Below are positions 49,788 to 60,681 of a DNA stretch of 64,000 nucleotides, piece by piece. Position 1 is the first letter of the stretch; each line of letters starts with the position of its first letter. The position numbers were made by a program, and so were the translations under genes. Source of the stretch: an uncultured Erysipelotrichaceae bacterium (GTDB lineage: Bacteria; Bacillota_I; Bacilli_A; RF39; UBA660); the NCBI GenBank assembly GCA_902789225.1, contig CADANC010000003.1, positions 58,731 through 122,730 on the forward strand, in the 5' to 3' direction. The notes under the pieces are model-generated. The model worked only from the letters and a program-made list of their open reading frames with translations, was not told where the DNA came from and searched no databases.

Positions 49788-51165
49788 AAGAAATATATTC
49801 TCCTTTTGTTATTTGATAAGGCTCATTACCTTTACATAGAAGTAAGACAATATCTCCATTCTCTGCATTATATATAGCCTTATTAACTGCTTCTTCTCTA
49901 TCTAATATAATTTCATAATTATTAGTTTTAACATCACTTACCATCATATCACAAATATCTTTTGGATCTTCATCTCTAGGATCATCTGTTGTAAAAATAG
50001 TGTTATCGGCATAATCACAACATATTTTTCCAATTACAGGTCTTTTTTCTTGATCTCTTCCACCAGCACTACCTATAACTACATATATTTTATTATGATC
50101 TAATTCCTTACTAAATTTTAAAATAGATTCAATAGCGTGAGGAGTATGTGCAAAATCAACTATAACCATAAATGGATTATCAACAATAATATCCATTCTT
50201 CCTTCTACTTTGATATTTTTAATATTATTAACTAAATCATCCATCTCAAAACCAAGACAAGTACAAGCAAGTAATGCACTAGCTAAATTATAGATGTTAT
50301 ATAAAGCTAATAAAGGACTATTAACTTCATATATTTTATCTTTATATTTAAAAGTAATATCAGTATGATCAACATATAACTTATATGAAACAATTTCCAT
50401 ATCAGCATCATTCATACCATAAGTAACAACTTGACCATTACTAGCTTCTTTGAATTCTTCAAAATATTCATCATCTTTATTTAAAACACAAAAACCATCT
50501 TTTTTAGTTTTTCTAAATAATTCTTTTTTACATTCTTTATAATTATCAAAAGTCTTATGAATATTTAAATGCTCAGGCGCAATATTAGAATAAATAGAAA
50601 CATCAAAATCAAAAGTACTTAGTCTATTCCTATAGAAAGCCTCACTAGATGTTTCCATAGATACATACTTACAACCATTATTTCTAAATGTATCTAAAAA
50701 TCTATATAACAAATGTGCATCAGGTGTAGTATTAATTAAATGTTCATGAAAATTAGTACAAGTTGCTCCATTAGTACCAATATAACCACAAACATCTTCT
50801 CCAATTAAAGTTCTAACTATCTCAGCAATAGTTGTCTTACCATCAGTTCCAGTAACCGCAATAAATTTCAAATCATTTTGAGGATCACCATAAAACTTCC
50901 TACATATTTTAGGAAATTCTTCATTAGTATTATCAACTTTAATTAAAGGAACACTTTTTTCTCCAACATCATGAGATATAACACAAGCTACAGCTCCATG
51001 TTCTATCGCATCATCAATAAAGTCATGTCTATCAGCACTAACCCCCATAGTACAAACAAACAAATCTCCATCAACACACTCTTTTGAGTTAAGAGAAACA
51101 CCTTTTATTAATACTTCACTATCAGTATTATCAAACAATTCATTTAATTTCATCATATGACTCAC
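49732..51165 (-). CDS. murE: UDP-N-acetylmuramoyl-L-alanyl-D-glutamate--2,6-diaminopimelate (or L-lysine) ligase
   Basis: The Mur-ligase P-loop is AVTGTDGKTT. The N-terminal arrangement (FVCTMGVSADRHDFIDDAIEHGA) is MurE-type. The C-terminal DDPR is a DNPR-like motif and suggests a meso-DAP-type enzyme. Confidence 0.85.
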   Translation of the reverse strand: MSHMMKLNELFDNTDSEVLIKGVSLNSKECVDGDLFVCTMGVSADRHDFIDDAIEHGAVACVISHDVGEKSVPLIKVDNTNEEFPKICRKFYGDPQNDLKFIAVTGTDGKTTIAEIVRTLIGEDVCGYIGTNGATCTNFHEHLINTTPDAHLLYRFLDTFRNNGCKYVSMETSSEAFYRNRLSTFDFDVSIYSNIAPEHLNIHKTFDNYKECKKELFRKTKKDGFCVLNKDDEYFEEFKEASNGQVVTYGMNDADMEIVSYKLYVDHTDITFKYKDKIYEVNSPLLALYNIYNLASALLACTCLGFEMDDLVNNIKNIKVEGRMDIIVDNPFMVIVDFAHTPHAIESILKFSKELDHNKIYVVIGSAGGRDQEKRPVIGKICCDYADNTIFTTDDPRDEDPKDICDMMVSDVKTNNYEIILDREEAVNKAIYNAENGDIVLLLCKGNEPYQITKGEYISYDEAEVARKAIDEKFQNS

Positions 51166-51256
51166 CTACATAAAATTATACAGTAAATATATATAAAAAT
51201 AAAGTAAACACTTTTTCTCAATTACTTTTTATTGTAAAATTAAAAGAGGTGATAAT

Positions 51257-52165
51257 ATGAAAATTGTATTATTTGGAGCAGGCTCAGATTTAGGTACACA
51301 TATAGATGGTTCAAAACTAGGTCCAACTCAAATAAAAAATGATATCCAAGCCTCATTTCCAGGAGAAATAGTAGAACAATATCAAGAAAATAGTATAATT
51401 AAAAGTAGAAATCTATCAGATAGAAGAAAAAACGAATATGAAATAGAAGAATTTAATTCTACTGCCTATGAAAAATTAGTAGAATTAAAAGGAAGAGAAG
51501 ATACTTTTGTAATAACTGTAGGTGGAGATGATACAGTATCAATCCCATCAGTTCTAGCAAGTAAAAAAGTATTGGAAGACGTAGGATTAATCTATTTTAC
51601 CGGATCATGTTTATATGATACTTATAAAACATCCCCTAATGGTAATATGAGAGATTTAACAATTGCCAGTATAAATAATTATAAAACTGAAGGAATGAAT
51701 TATTATGCAAATGATAGAATATTCCCAGGTAAAACAGTAATAATAGGTTGTAGAGAAATGACTGAATCCGAAAATGAAAATCTAAAATATTCAGGAGTTA
51801 ATTGTATTACAGCAAAGAATATAAAAGAAGAAGGAATAGAAGATACATTAGAAAGAGCCTTCGAATTAGCAGTAGAAAAAACAAAAGGAGTACATGTAGT
51901 ATTCTCCTTAGGATTTATAGATCCAGAATATGCTCCAGGTGTATCAGAACCAAAATTCGATGGATTTGATGAAACAATAGTAACAACAATACATGAATAT
52001 TTAGTAAAACATATTGATTTAATAGTAGGATATGATATAGTTGATTTTAATCCACTACGTGATGAAGATAGAAAAACAGAACAAATTGCAATCAACTGTA
52101 TTGCCTCTATGGTAAATGCAGCACAAACTAAAGAAAGATTAGAAAAATTAGAAAAGAAATATTAA
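51257..52165 (+). CDS. arginase/deacetylase-fold (ureohydrolase-like) protein with degenerate metal-binding motifs
   Basis: Overall length and the GGDDT block resemble the arginase GGDHS motif. The FSLGFIDPEYAP block resembles the SxDxDxxDP motif. The His and Asp manganese ligands appear to be substituted. Confidence 0.45.
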   Translation: MKIVLFGAGSDLGTHIDGSKLGPTQIKNDIQASFPGEIVEQYQENSIIKSRNLSDRRKNEYEIEEFNSTAYEKLVELKGREDTFVITVGGDDTVSIPSVLASKKVLEDVGLIYFTGSCLYDTYKTSPNGNMRDLTIASINNYKTEGMNYYANDRIFPGKTVIIGCREMTESENENLKYSGVNCITAKNIKEEGIEDTLERAFELAVEKTKGVHVVFSLGFIDPEYAPGVSEPKFDGFDETIVTTIHEYLVKHIDLIVGYDIVDFNPLRDEDRKTEQIAINCIASMVNAAQTKERLEKLEKKY

Positions 52166-52189
52166 AAGATATCCACTTGGATATCTTTT

Positions 52190-52591
52190 TTAATCACTAT
52201 AATTTGGACAATTCAAAATTGCTTTATAAGAAAATTTTCCTTTTTCTACAAAGGTTACTTCCACTTTAGTACCATTTATATCACAAGGTTTTTTATTACT
52301 ATCAACAAATTCACCTATATAGTTATTATTTTGTAATGTACCTAAAGTAATTTCTTTTTTTTCGCCACTCGTTCTAGGATATAAAGCCTGATTCTTTTGT
52401 AAATATGATTTAGCTGCAGTAATTAATTCTTTTTTTTGAGTTTCATAATAATTTTCATTACCCTTTTTTATTAATCCATTAACTGCAACAATACCTATAA
52501 CAGAAATAATACCTAATATAGTAACAACAGCTAATACCTCAACCATAGTAAACCCATTTTTCTTATTTTTCTTTTTTCTTTTTTTACTCAT
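52190..52591 (-). CDS. prepilin-type N-terminal cleavage/methylation domain protein (pseudopilin)
   Basis: The N-terminus is MSKKRKKKNKKNGFTMVEVLAVVTILGIISVIGIVAV, with G|FTMVE and Glu at +5. The 133-aa protein has two Cys residues near its C-terminus. Confidence 0.65.
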   Translation of the reverse strand: MSKKRKKKNKKNGFTMVEVLAVVTILGIISVIGIVAVNGLIKKGNENYYETQKKELITAAKSYLQKNQALYPRTSGEKKEITLGTLQNNNYIGEFVDSNKKPCDINGTKVEVTFVEKGKFSYKAILNCPNYSD

Positions 52592-52673
52592 AAAATCAAT
52601 CCTCTACTTATAACTTATTAAATAATTAAATTTAAATCAATAAAAAAGAAGTAATTTTACTTCTTATTTACTA

Positions 52674-53798
52674 TTAAAAACTTCTTTCCCTTAAGAATAT
52701 AGGAATATCATCATTATCAACATCTGTATTGTAATTAGGTTTTTCTTCTTTTTCTGATAATGCTTCAACATTCTTAGGAACTTGACTTCTTCTACTTGTT
52801 GTAGGAATTAATAATTCCTCAGGTTCTTCATCTTTTTCTTCTTCAATATCTTTATCAAATCCAGTAGCAATTACTGTAACTATAACCTCTTCAGATAAGT
52901 TTTCATTTATTACAGAACCAAATATTGTATTAATATCTTTTTGTGATGCAGCTCTTACAACTTCTGCAGCTTGTTCAGCTTCGAATAATGTTAAATTAAC
53001 TCCACCAGTAATATTAATAATAGCATCTGTTGCTCCTTCTATAGATGTTTCAAGTAATGGTGATGAAACAGCTTGTCTAGCAGCTTCAATAGCTCTATCT
53101 TCACCCATACCAATACCAATACCAATGATTGCTCTACCTGAATTTTCCATTACAGATTTAATATCAGCAAAGTCTAAGTTAACAAGACCAACAACAGCAA
53201 TCAAATCAGAAATTGATTGAACACCACGACGAAGTACATTATCTACTTCTTTAAATGCTTCAAGCATAGGTGTAGTCTTATCAATAATAGTTCTTAATCT
53301 ATCATTTGGAATAACAATTAATGTATCAACATGATTCTTTAATTCTTCAATTCCTTGTAATGCATTTTGCATTCTTCTCTTACCTTCGAATGAAAATGGC
53401 TTAGTAACAATTGCAACAGTTAATGCTCCAAGTGCTTGAGATATCTCAGCAACTACAGCAGCAGCTCCAGTTCCAGTTCCACCACCCATTCCACAAGTAA
53501 TGAAAACCATATCTGCACCAGTTAATGCATCTTCGATTTCTTTTTTTGATTCAACTGCAGATTCACGACCAATTTCAGGTCTTCCACCAGCACCTAATCC
53601 ATCAGTTAAAGCAGCACCAATTTGAATTTTAACATCTGCCTTTGAATTATTTAAAACTTGTAAATCAGTATTAGCCGCAATGAATTCAACACCTTTAACT
53701 CCGGATTCAACCATTCTGTTAATAGCATTTCCTCCACCTCCACCAAGTCCAATAACCTTGATTTTGGCTAATTGATCCATCTCTAATCCACCTTGCAT
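52674..53798 (-). CDS. ftsZ: cell division protein FtsZ
   Basis: The tubulin signature is [11 protein letters not shown]. The N-terminus reads [19 protein letters not shown]-terminal variable tail ends in the conserved DIPIFLR peptide. An RBS (aaggagg) precedes the first ATG. Confidence 0.92.
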   Translation of the reverse strand: MQGGLEMDQLAKIKVIGLGGGGGNAINRMVESGVKGVEFIAANTDLQVLNNSKADVKIQIGAALTDGLGAGGRPEIGRESAVESKKEIEDALTGADMVFITCGMGGGTGTGAAAVVAEISQALGALTVAIVTKPFSFEGKRRMQNALQGIEELKNHVDTLIVIPNDRLRTIIDKTTPMLEAFKEVDNVLRRGVQSISDLIAVVGLVNLDFADIKSVMENSGRAIIGIGIGMGEDRAIEAARQAVSSPLLETSIEGATDAIINITGGVNLTLFEAEQAAEVVRAASQKDINTIFGSVINENLSEEVIVTVIATGFDKDIEEEKDEEPEELLIPTTSRRSQVPKNVEALSEKEEKPNYNTDVDNDDIPIFLRERSF

Positions 53799-53812
53799 AA
53801 CACCTATCCTCC

Positions 53813-55048
53813 TTAATTGTCGAAGAAATGTCCAAACATTTTACGAGCTATACCCCCGTTAGAGACACCTTCGTTCACAGAAACTAAATTCTTAAATTCA
53901 TTTTCATTTATCATATTATAACTCTTTCCCCTTAGAGTTAATTTATCATCAAAATATATACAACTACCTAGTGCACTAGAAAATTTATTATTACGGATAC
54001 CCATAATATCTATTTTGCAAACTTTACCAATACCATTAAAATAGATATCAACTAAATGATCCATACCTTTAATTTCGCTTAATCCACCTGTTACAATTAT
54101 ATAACTTATTTTTCTATTTGTTAAGTTTTTTATTTCTTCTAAAGATAATTTAAGTATTTCTCTAATACGAGCTTCTACTACTTTAGATAAGCCTATTTGT
54201 TTAACTTGCTTATCGTTTCCTTCATTATCTTTTATAGTAGTATCTTCATTATAATCAGCATCTACGCCTATAGCATAGGCAAAATCTTCTTTTAATTTTC
54301 TAGCATCTTTTAAGTCACAATTATAAATATAAGCAACATCTTTATCAACATTAATACTACCCATATTAAGTACACTATTCTTAATTTGAATGCCTTTATT
54401 AAATACAGAAATATTAGTACTAGTTTCTCCTATATTAATAACTGCTCCAACACTATTATCATAAAAATTATTTTTAATAGTATAGTAGTCTCCAGTTGAT
54501 TTAAAACAAACATCTATTGTATCTACACCAGCTAACTTTAAAGTTTCAAGAACTCTATACATTGAACTCTTATCAATAGAACTAATAACGATTTTAGACT
54601 CTAATGTCTTACCACTTAATCCTTTAGGATCTTTTACTTTCTTAACTCCATCTATAACAAAATAAATAGGTGTAGAAGTAACTAATTCTTGATCCTCAAA
54701 ATTAATCTTTCCAATCGCATCATTTAATAAATTAGTAATGTCTGCCCCTGTAATTTTTTGACTATCTAAAGTATCAACACTACCTTCTACTATATCCATC
54801 TTAAGATGTATAGGATTTAAACAACATACTGCCTTAGTAATAGTAAGTCCCAACATATTTTCAATTTCATCTAAACTTTTTCTAACTAATGTAGAAACAC
54901 CCTTAGTATTAGTAATTTCACCATTAGTAATATAAGGACATGGAGTACTAATAGAAGAAAGTAAATTAAATTTATTCTTAATTTTTTCTAAAACAACTAT
55001 TTTAATACTATTAGTACCAATATCTATTCCAGTATAAACATTACCCAT
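53813..55048 (-). CDS. ftsA: cell division protein FtsA
   Basis: An actin-like ATPase. The phosphate-1 motif is [15 protein letters not shown]. The 411-aa protein has a C-terminal amphipathic tail. It lies immediately upstream of ftsZ. Confidence 0.9.
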   Translation of the reverse strand: MGNVYTGIDIGTNSIKIVVLEKIKNKFNLLSSISTPCPYITNGEITNTKGVSTLVRKSLDEIENMLGLTITKAVCCLNPIHLKMDIVEGSVDTLDSQKITGADITNLLNDAIGKINFEDQELVTSTPIYFVIDGVKKVKDPKGLSGKTLESKIVISSIDKSSMYRVLETLKLAGVDTIDVCFKSTGDYYTIKNNFYDNSVGAVINIGETSTNISVFNKGIQIKNSVLNMGSINVDKDVAYIYNCDLKDARKLKEDFAYAIGVDADYNEDTTIKDNEGNDKQVKQIGLSKVVEARIREILKLSLEEIKNLTNRKISYIIVTGGLSEIKGMDHLVDIYFNGIGKVCKIDIMGIRNNKFSSALGSCIYFDDKLTLRGKSYNMINENEFKNLVSVNEGVSNGGIARKMFGHFFDN

Positions 55049-55111
55049 CTATTTTCCTCCTACAATATAATTCAATTATACAATAATTTATATCATTTGA
55101 AAAGAAAAAGA

Positions 55112-56428
55112 CTACTTTTTATAATAAACAAAATAATTAGAGTCTTCACCTATTAGTTTATATTTTTTAAAGATATAATCACATATATTATTATCAAATT
55201 GATTAATATTATTATATGAACTCTTATTTATAATAAAATAAGTATCCTTTTTATTATCAAAGTCTTTTAAAATTTTATTTTCTCCATCATATCCAAAATT
55301 ACCATATAATAAATTAGTATAATAATTAATATTTCTATCATGATTAATATTATAAAAAACAGCATTTTCACCCAACAAAATATAATTATTCATCTTATAT
55401 TTTAAAACCAACTTATCAACATCATCGTTTAACTTAACAAAATCAGAACTCGTATAAAAATCAGGATAATACTTGCTATGATAAAAAGTAGTTTTAAAAG
55501 TATTAATATTAATGAAAAAATATCCTAAAATAAATAAAATACTACAAACCAATATAGAAATACTATATTTAAATTTATAATTAAAATTAATAAGATAAAT
55601 AACTAATGTACTGAATAAAAAATAAGAAAAATGATTAAAATCACATATAGGAATTATAAAACCTATAGGTACTAATAAAAATAAATAAGTCATTTTATCC
55701 TTATTCTTAGTAAGAATATAAATACTAATAATAATAATTATAATAGAAAGAATAAACCATATATTAAATCCTAAATTATTAGTAGATGAAAAGTCTACCA
55801 TACCTAATATAGAAAGATTAACAAAATCTTTAAATAAACCAAATATGAACAAATAAATAATAAATAAAATCAAAGGAATAAATATACCTAAAATAATCTT
55901 AAAAAAAGACTTAATATCTTTAAATAAATAACAGAAAAAAGGAAGTAAAAAGAATATTCCTATACTATGTTTAGTTAATATAGATAAACCAATACATAAT
56001 CCTATTAAATAATTACTCTTTTTATTCTTATATAAATAAAATATTAATACAAACCAAAATATCATTAATAAATTATATGTTTGTGTTACAGGATATAACT
56101 TACATATAGATATCAAAAGTATAAATAAATAAGCTTTATAATCATATAATTTAAATAATAAATAAAATATTAAAGTACCTATAATAGCATTACTTACAGT
56201 AAAAGTAATAAACGAATCATTAATCAATAAGAACAATGAAGAATAATAAAAATATAAAGGAGTTGAAACTATATTTAAATCTAAATAAGGTAGTTTTCCA
56301 TATATTAAAGAACGGCTATATCCATACATTAATGTAGCATCATATATATTATGATAATATCCAAAGAAATTATATATTAACATAAAGAAAACAAATATAA
56401 ATATTAATCTTATAATATTCTTTTTCAT
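55112..56428 (-). CDS. polytopic membrane protein, GT-C-fold glycosyltransferase-like / Wzy-like (tandem paralog 1 of 3)
   Basis: A 438-aa protein with 11-13 TM helices. The first extracytoplasmic loop has Asp/Tyr/Pro residues (YDATLMYGYSRSLIYGKLPYLD). A conserved block KSNYLIGLCIGLSILTKHSIG is present. The C-terminal soluble domain is about 100 aa. Confidence 0.55.
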   Translation of the reverse strand: MKKNIIRLIFIFVFFMLIYNFFGYYHNIYDATLMYGYSRSLIYGKLPYLDLNIVSTPLYFYYSSLFLLINDSFITFTVSNAIIGTLIFYLLFKLYDYKAYLFILLISICKLYPVTQTYNLLMIFWFVLIFYLYKNKKSNYLIGLCIGLSILTKHSIGIFFLLPFFCYLFKDIKSFFKIILGIFIPLILFIIYLFIFGLFKDFVNLSILGMVDFSSTNNLGFNIWFILSIIIIIISIYILTKNKDKMTYLFLLVPIGFIIPICDFNHFSYFLFSTLVIYLINFNYKFKYSISILVCSILFILGYFFININTFKTTFYHSKYYPDFYTSSDFVKLNDDVDKLVLKYKMNNYILLGENAVFYNINHDRNINYYTNLLYGNFGYDGENKILKDFDNKKDTYFIINKSSYNNINQFDNNICDYIFKKYKLIGEDSNYFVYYKK

Positions 56429-56430
56429 AA

Positions 56431-57747
56431 TTACTCCTTATAATAAACTAAAAAATCTTCTATACTATATTTCTTATCAGAGACTTCCACAATATAATCG
56501 TATATTTCCATAGAAAACTGTGTATCTTCTCTTTTATTAATATAAAAATACACATCATGCATATCATCTATTCTTTTTTTCATTTTATTTATACCATCAT
56601 AACCATAATTACCATCATTAGGTATATCAAAATAAGTAATTTGATGATTACTCATAATATCAAAAAACATATTATCATAACTAAACATATAATTATTATC
56701 TCGACTATTATAATCAGTATAAATATAATTAATATACTCTTCTAGCCTATCACTAACTAAATAACCATAAAAATATTTATTAGTTAGAATATTCTTATCT
56801 TTATATAAATTCCAATTCAAATAAAAATTAATAAAAACAATAAAGACAAATATTAAAGAACAAAACAAATAAATATGTTTAATATATTTTTTATTAACAC
56901 TAGAATTATAAATAATTATAAATAAATATATAAAAGCAAAATAATTAAAATGAAATTGATCAATTATTGGAAGAATAAAAGAGTAAGCACCCAATATATA
57001 ATAATTATAAATATCTTTAGGATTCTTAATAAATCTATATATTAAATAGATTAATAATACAAAACTAATAATTAATATATAAAGAGTAAATCCTCCATTA
57101 GAAGAACCAAAATCAAATAATCCAAGAATAGTTAAATCAACAAATTCATACAAACTATGATTAATTAATAAATATAGAAAGAAAACAACCAATAAAGGAA
57201 TAACTCCAATTATTCTTTTTTTAATCTTAGAAAAATCAAAAGTACCTATCAAAGTAACTAATAAAAAGAAGACTCCTATACTATGCTTAGTAAGAATAAG
57301 AAGAGAAAGAACAATTCCAATTAAATAATCACTCTTATTATTTTTTTCTAAATAAAGTAAAAATATTACTAAAAAAACTGCTAAAAAATTATAATTAGGC
57401 AATATAAAAAAGAATCTAGGAAAAGCAATTATAGGTAATAATATTAATACTTTATTACCTATAAGTTTATAAATAAAGGCAAAAAACAAAGTAACTAAAA
57501 TAGCTTGTCCAAATAAAAATAACAAATAACTATCTTTTATTAATAAAAATCCACTCATCAAATATTGATATAAAGGAGTCATCACAATATTAAAATCTTT
57601 ATAAGGAATCTCTCCCAACCTAATAGCATGACTCATTCCAAAATTCCAAGTAACATCAGCAAAGTTTATAGAAAAAAGTATTAATAAAGAATAAACAACG
57701 AAAAAAGAAACAAATATTATTAATATGTTTTTAATATTCTTTTTCAT
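56431..57747 (-). CDS. polytopic membrane protein, GT-C-fold glycosyltransferase-like / Wzy-like (tandem paralog 2 of 3)
   Basis: A 438-aa protein homologous to its two neighbours. Its loop 1 is ADVTWNFGMSHAIRLGEIPYKDFNIVMTPLY. The conserved block is EKNNKSDYLIGIVLSLLILTKHSIG. Confidence 0.55.
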   Translation of the reverse strand: MKKNIKNILIIFVSFFVVYSLLILFSINFADVTWNFGMSHAIRLGEIPYKDFNIVMTPLYQYLMSGFLLIKDSYLLFLFGQAILVTLFFAFIYKLIGNKVLILLPIIAFPRFFFILPNYNFLAVFLVIFLLYLEKNNKSDYLIGIVLSLLILTKHSIGVFFLLVTLIGTFDFSKIKKRIIGVIPLLVVFFLYLLINHSLYEFVDLTILGLFDFGSSNGGFTLYILIISFVLLIYLIYRFIKNPKDIYNYYILGAYSFILPIIDQFHFNYFAFIYLFIIIYNSSVNKKYIKHIYLFCSLIFVFIVFINFYLNWNLYKDKNILTNKYFYGYLVSDRLEEYINYIYTDYNSRDNNYMFSYDNMFFDIMSNHQITYFDIPNDGNYGYDGINKMKKRIDDMHDVYFYINKREDTQFSMEIYDYIVEVSDKKYSIEDFLVYYKE

Positions 57748-57755
57748 CTTATCAC

Positions 57756-59069
57756 CTACTCTTTATAATATACTTTATTACCCATAATTTCATATTTAAA
57801 TTGAGAATTATCAATTATATATTCATTAATCTCAGTAGCACTCTGCCTATTAGTACAATCATTTAAGTAGAAATAAACATCATGCATATTATCAATTCTC
57901 TTCTTCATTTTATTAATTCCATTATATCCATAATTACCATAATTATTAATTGAAAAATAATCAATTCTTTTATCAGTAATTATATTAAAAAACATAGAAT
58001 CACAACTAAACATATAGTTGTTATCTCTCATCTCATAATCTTTAATAACTTTAGTAATATATTCATTAGCATACTCATCTACATAATAATGATCAAAATG
58101 ATTATAATTATAGAATTTATAATTTCTTAACCTTTCTTTATGAAGAACAAAAATATTAAAACAAATAGAAAAAATAAATACTAAATAAAATATTACTTTA
58201 AATAATAAATTATATGTAATATTATGATTAATTAATAAAATCAAAATAAAGATAAACAATAAATAACTAACATGATGAAGATCACATATAGGAATTATAA
58301 AAGAAAATGATCCAATCAAATAATAATTAGTTATATCTTTATAATTATTCTTTATTCTATAAATTAGATAAATAAAAACAGGAATAACTAATAAAGAAGC
58401 AATAATATTAAAAGAAGAATTTCCAGAAAAATCAAACAAACCTAAAAAACATAAATCTATAAAAGAATTAAAACTATTGGTAATTAATAAATATGAAATA
58501 AATATTATATTCATAGGAATAAAACCAATTATTCTTTTTTTTATCTTATCAAAATCAAAAGAACTGATTAAGACCATTATAAGCAGGAAGATACCTATAC
58601 TTTGTTTAGTTAAAAATAACAAAGATAAAATAAATCCTATAAGATAATCAGATTTATTATTCTTTTCTAAATATATTAATAATACTATAAATAATAAACA
58701 TAAAAAGTTATAACTAGGATATATCATATAAGAAGATAACATTATAAGTAATAAAAAATATATTTTTTTTTCTAATAATTTATCTAACAAAAAAATAAAA
58801 GCCAATAAAAGAATAGATTGTTCTATTAAAAAAACAAACCATGAATTTTTAATAAATAAACCTATGCTCATAATAGCAGGATATAAAGGCGTAATAATCA
58901 TATTAAAATCTTTATAAGGAATCTCACCTATCCTAATAGCATGACTAAATCCATAATTCCAAATAACATCTGCATCACCTGTAGAAAAAAATAAAAAGAA
59001 ACTAAAAAATATAATGAATAATATTATATATTTACTAATATTCAAAATATTTTTTTTAGCTTCTTTCAT
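57756..59069 (-). CDS. polytopic membrane protein, GT-C-fold glycosyltransferase-like / Wzy-like (tandem paralog 3 of 3)
   Basis: A 437-aa protein. It is the closest paralog of 56431..57747 (ADVIWNYGFSHAIRIGEIPYKDFNMIITPLY; EKNNKSDYLIGFILSLLFLTKQSIG). Confidence 0.55.
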   Translation of the reverse strand: MKEAKKNILNISKYIILFIIFFSFFLFFSTGDADVIWNYGFSHAIRIGEIPYKDFNMIITPLYPAIMSIGLFIKNSWFVFLIEQSILLLAFIFLLDKLLEKKIYFLLLIMLSSYMIYPSYNFLCLLFIVLLIYLEKNNKSDYLIGFILSLLFLTKQSIGIFLLIMVLISSFDFDKIKKRIIGFIPMNIIFISYLLITNSFNSFIDLCFLGLFDFSGNSSFNIIASLLVIPVFIYLIYRIKNNYKDITNYYLIGSFSFIIPICDLHHVSYLLFIFILILLINHNITYNLLFKVIFYLVFIFSICFNIFVLHKERLRNYKFYNYNHFDHYYVDEYANEYITKVIKDYEMRDNNYMFSCDSMFFNIITDKRIDYFSINNYGNYGYNGINKMKKRIDNMHDVYFYLNDCTNRQSATEINEYIIDNSQFKYEIMGNKVYYKE

Positions 59070-59072
59070 ATA

Positions 59073-59759
59073 TTACTCCTTTATTTCAAAGTGATTACCA
59101 TTATCTAAGTATAATATTCCTTTATGTCCTTCAAGTTGAACAACAATATTATCATAATAATTAATTTTACTAAATTTAGTTAGAGTAACAAATACCATAT
59201 TACCATCATCCATATACAATTTAAATCTTTCATCATCTAATGGAGTACTAGAATATTCTATATCACTAATCTTAATCAGTACATTACCCTTAACCTTATC
59301 AAGAGCTGTAATAAATCTTTTATATTTATTTTTTGGAACATAATTATTTAATCTAGGTATATTAAAATTATATAAACAATCATCCATATTAATAGATGTA
59401 TTATTATTAAAAACAACATTCTTACTATAAACATCATAAATTACAGGTTTATTTTCATCTATATCAATAATTAAACTTCTATTAAGTTTTCTTCTAACAT
59501 TAACTTTATTTATATAAGGAGATTTTTTTAATTTTTTCTCTACTTTTGAACTATTTGTAAGTAAAAAAGAAGGATAATCTATTACGCCACCTAACTCTAA
59601 AACATAATCATCTTTTAGATAAGTAGTATTTTTAACTACTATATTACTTATAGGTCTATCCAAAAAAAACTTACAAGCCAAAACAATACCTAAAATAACA
59701 ATTATAAGTATTAATAAAGGTAATATTTTAATTTTCCTTTTCTTTACTTTTCTAGCCAT
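59073..59759 (-). CDS. divIB: cell division protein DivIB/FtsQ
   Basis: A short basic cytoplasmic N-terminus is followed by a single TM segment (ILPLLILIIVILGIVLA). POTRA and beta domains follow. The gene sits between murB and the ftsA block. Confidence 0.65.
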   Translation of the reverse strand: MARKVKKRKIKILPLLILIIVILGIVLACKFFLDRPISNIVVKNTTYLKDDYVLELGGVIDYPSFLLTNSSKVEKKLKKSPYINKVNVRRKLNRSLIIDIDENKPVIYDVYSKNVVFNNNTSINMDDCLYNFNIPRLNNYVPKNKYKRFITALDKVKGNVLIKISDIEYSSTPLDDERFKLYMDDGNMVFVTLTKFSKINYYDNIVVQLEGHKGILYLDNGNHFEIKE

Positions 59760-59760
59760 A

Positions 59761-60681
59761 TTACTCCCAATTTACAAATTCTTGTTCACATTTTAAATCA
59801 ACATTATACTTTTCTAATACAGTATCATGAACTAACATAATAAGTTCATGTATATCAGTCGCAGTCGCATGATTATAATTAACAATAAAATTAGCATGCT
59901 TTTTTGATACCATTGCGCCGCCTATTTTTTTTCCTTTCAAACCGGCCTCCTCAATAAGTCTTCCAGCAAAATCCCCTTCAGGATTACGGAAAACACTACC
60001 ACAAGAAGGATATTCTAAAGGTTGAGACTCAATTCTTCTCTTACGTCTATCATTCATAACTTCTAAAATAGCTTCTTTTTTACCCTTCTTTAATTGAATT
60101 AAAGCTTCTAAACAAATATATCCAGGATGTTTTTTCAAGAAAGAATCTCTATAATGAAAATCTAACTCTAAATTAGTAAGAGTAATAACTTCAAATTGAT
60201 CAGTTAATACTTTTACATTTTTAACTACATAACCCATATCACTTTTATAGGCACCAGCATTCATATATACAGCTCCACCTACAGTACCAGGTATACCAGA
60301 AGCAAATTCTAATCCAGTTAAATCTCTTTTAGCACATAAAGTAGATAATTTAATAAGAGAAAAACCAGCTCCCACTCTAACTCTATTTTGAGACAAAAAC
60401 TTAACTTTATCAAAATCTTTTAATTTAATTAAAACACCATCATATAATTCATCACTAAATAATAAATTACTACAATTACCAATAATTTTAAATTTAATAT
60501 CATTATTTTTTAATAGTTTTAGTAAACCAACAAGTTCTTTTAAGTTATTTGGATAAGCTATAACTCTAGCTTTACCTCCAGCCTTATAAGAAGAGATTTT
60601 TTCTAATTCTACATTTTCATCTACTTTAATATTTAATTTTTTTATATTCTTAATAATATTTTTATCCATTATTATCACCAA
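59761..60681 (-). CDS. murB: UDP-N-acetylenolpyruvoylglucosamine reductase
   Basis: The FAD-binding domain carries GGKARVIAYP...IGNCSNLL. The MurB catalytic residues include the GSVFRNP region. The protein is 306 aa. Confidence 0.9.
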   Translation of the reverse strand: MVIIMDKNIIKNIKKLNIKVDENVELEKISSYKAGGKARVIAYPNNLKELVGLLKLLKNNDIKFKIIGNCSNLLFSDELYDGVLIKLKDFDKVKFLSQNRVRVGAGFSLIKLSTLCAKRDLTGLEFASGIPGTVGGAVYMNAGAYKSDMGYVVKNVKVLTDQFEVITLTNLELDFHYRDSFLKKHPGYICLEALIQLKKGKKEAILEVMNDRRKRRIESQPLEYPSCGSVFRNPEGDFAGRLIEEAGLKGKKIGGAMVSKKHANFIVNYNHATATDIHELIMLVHDTVLEKYNVDLKCEQEFVNWE

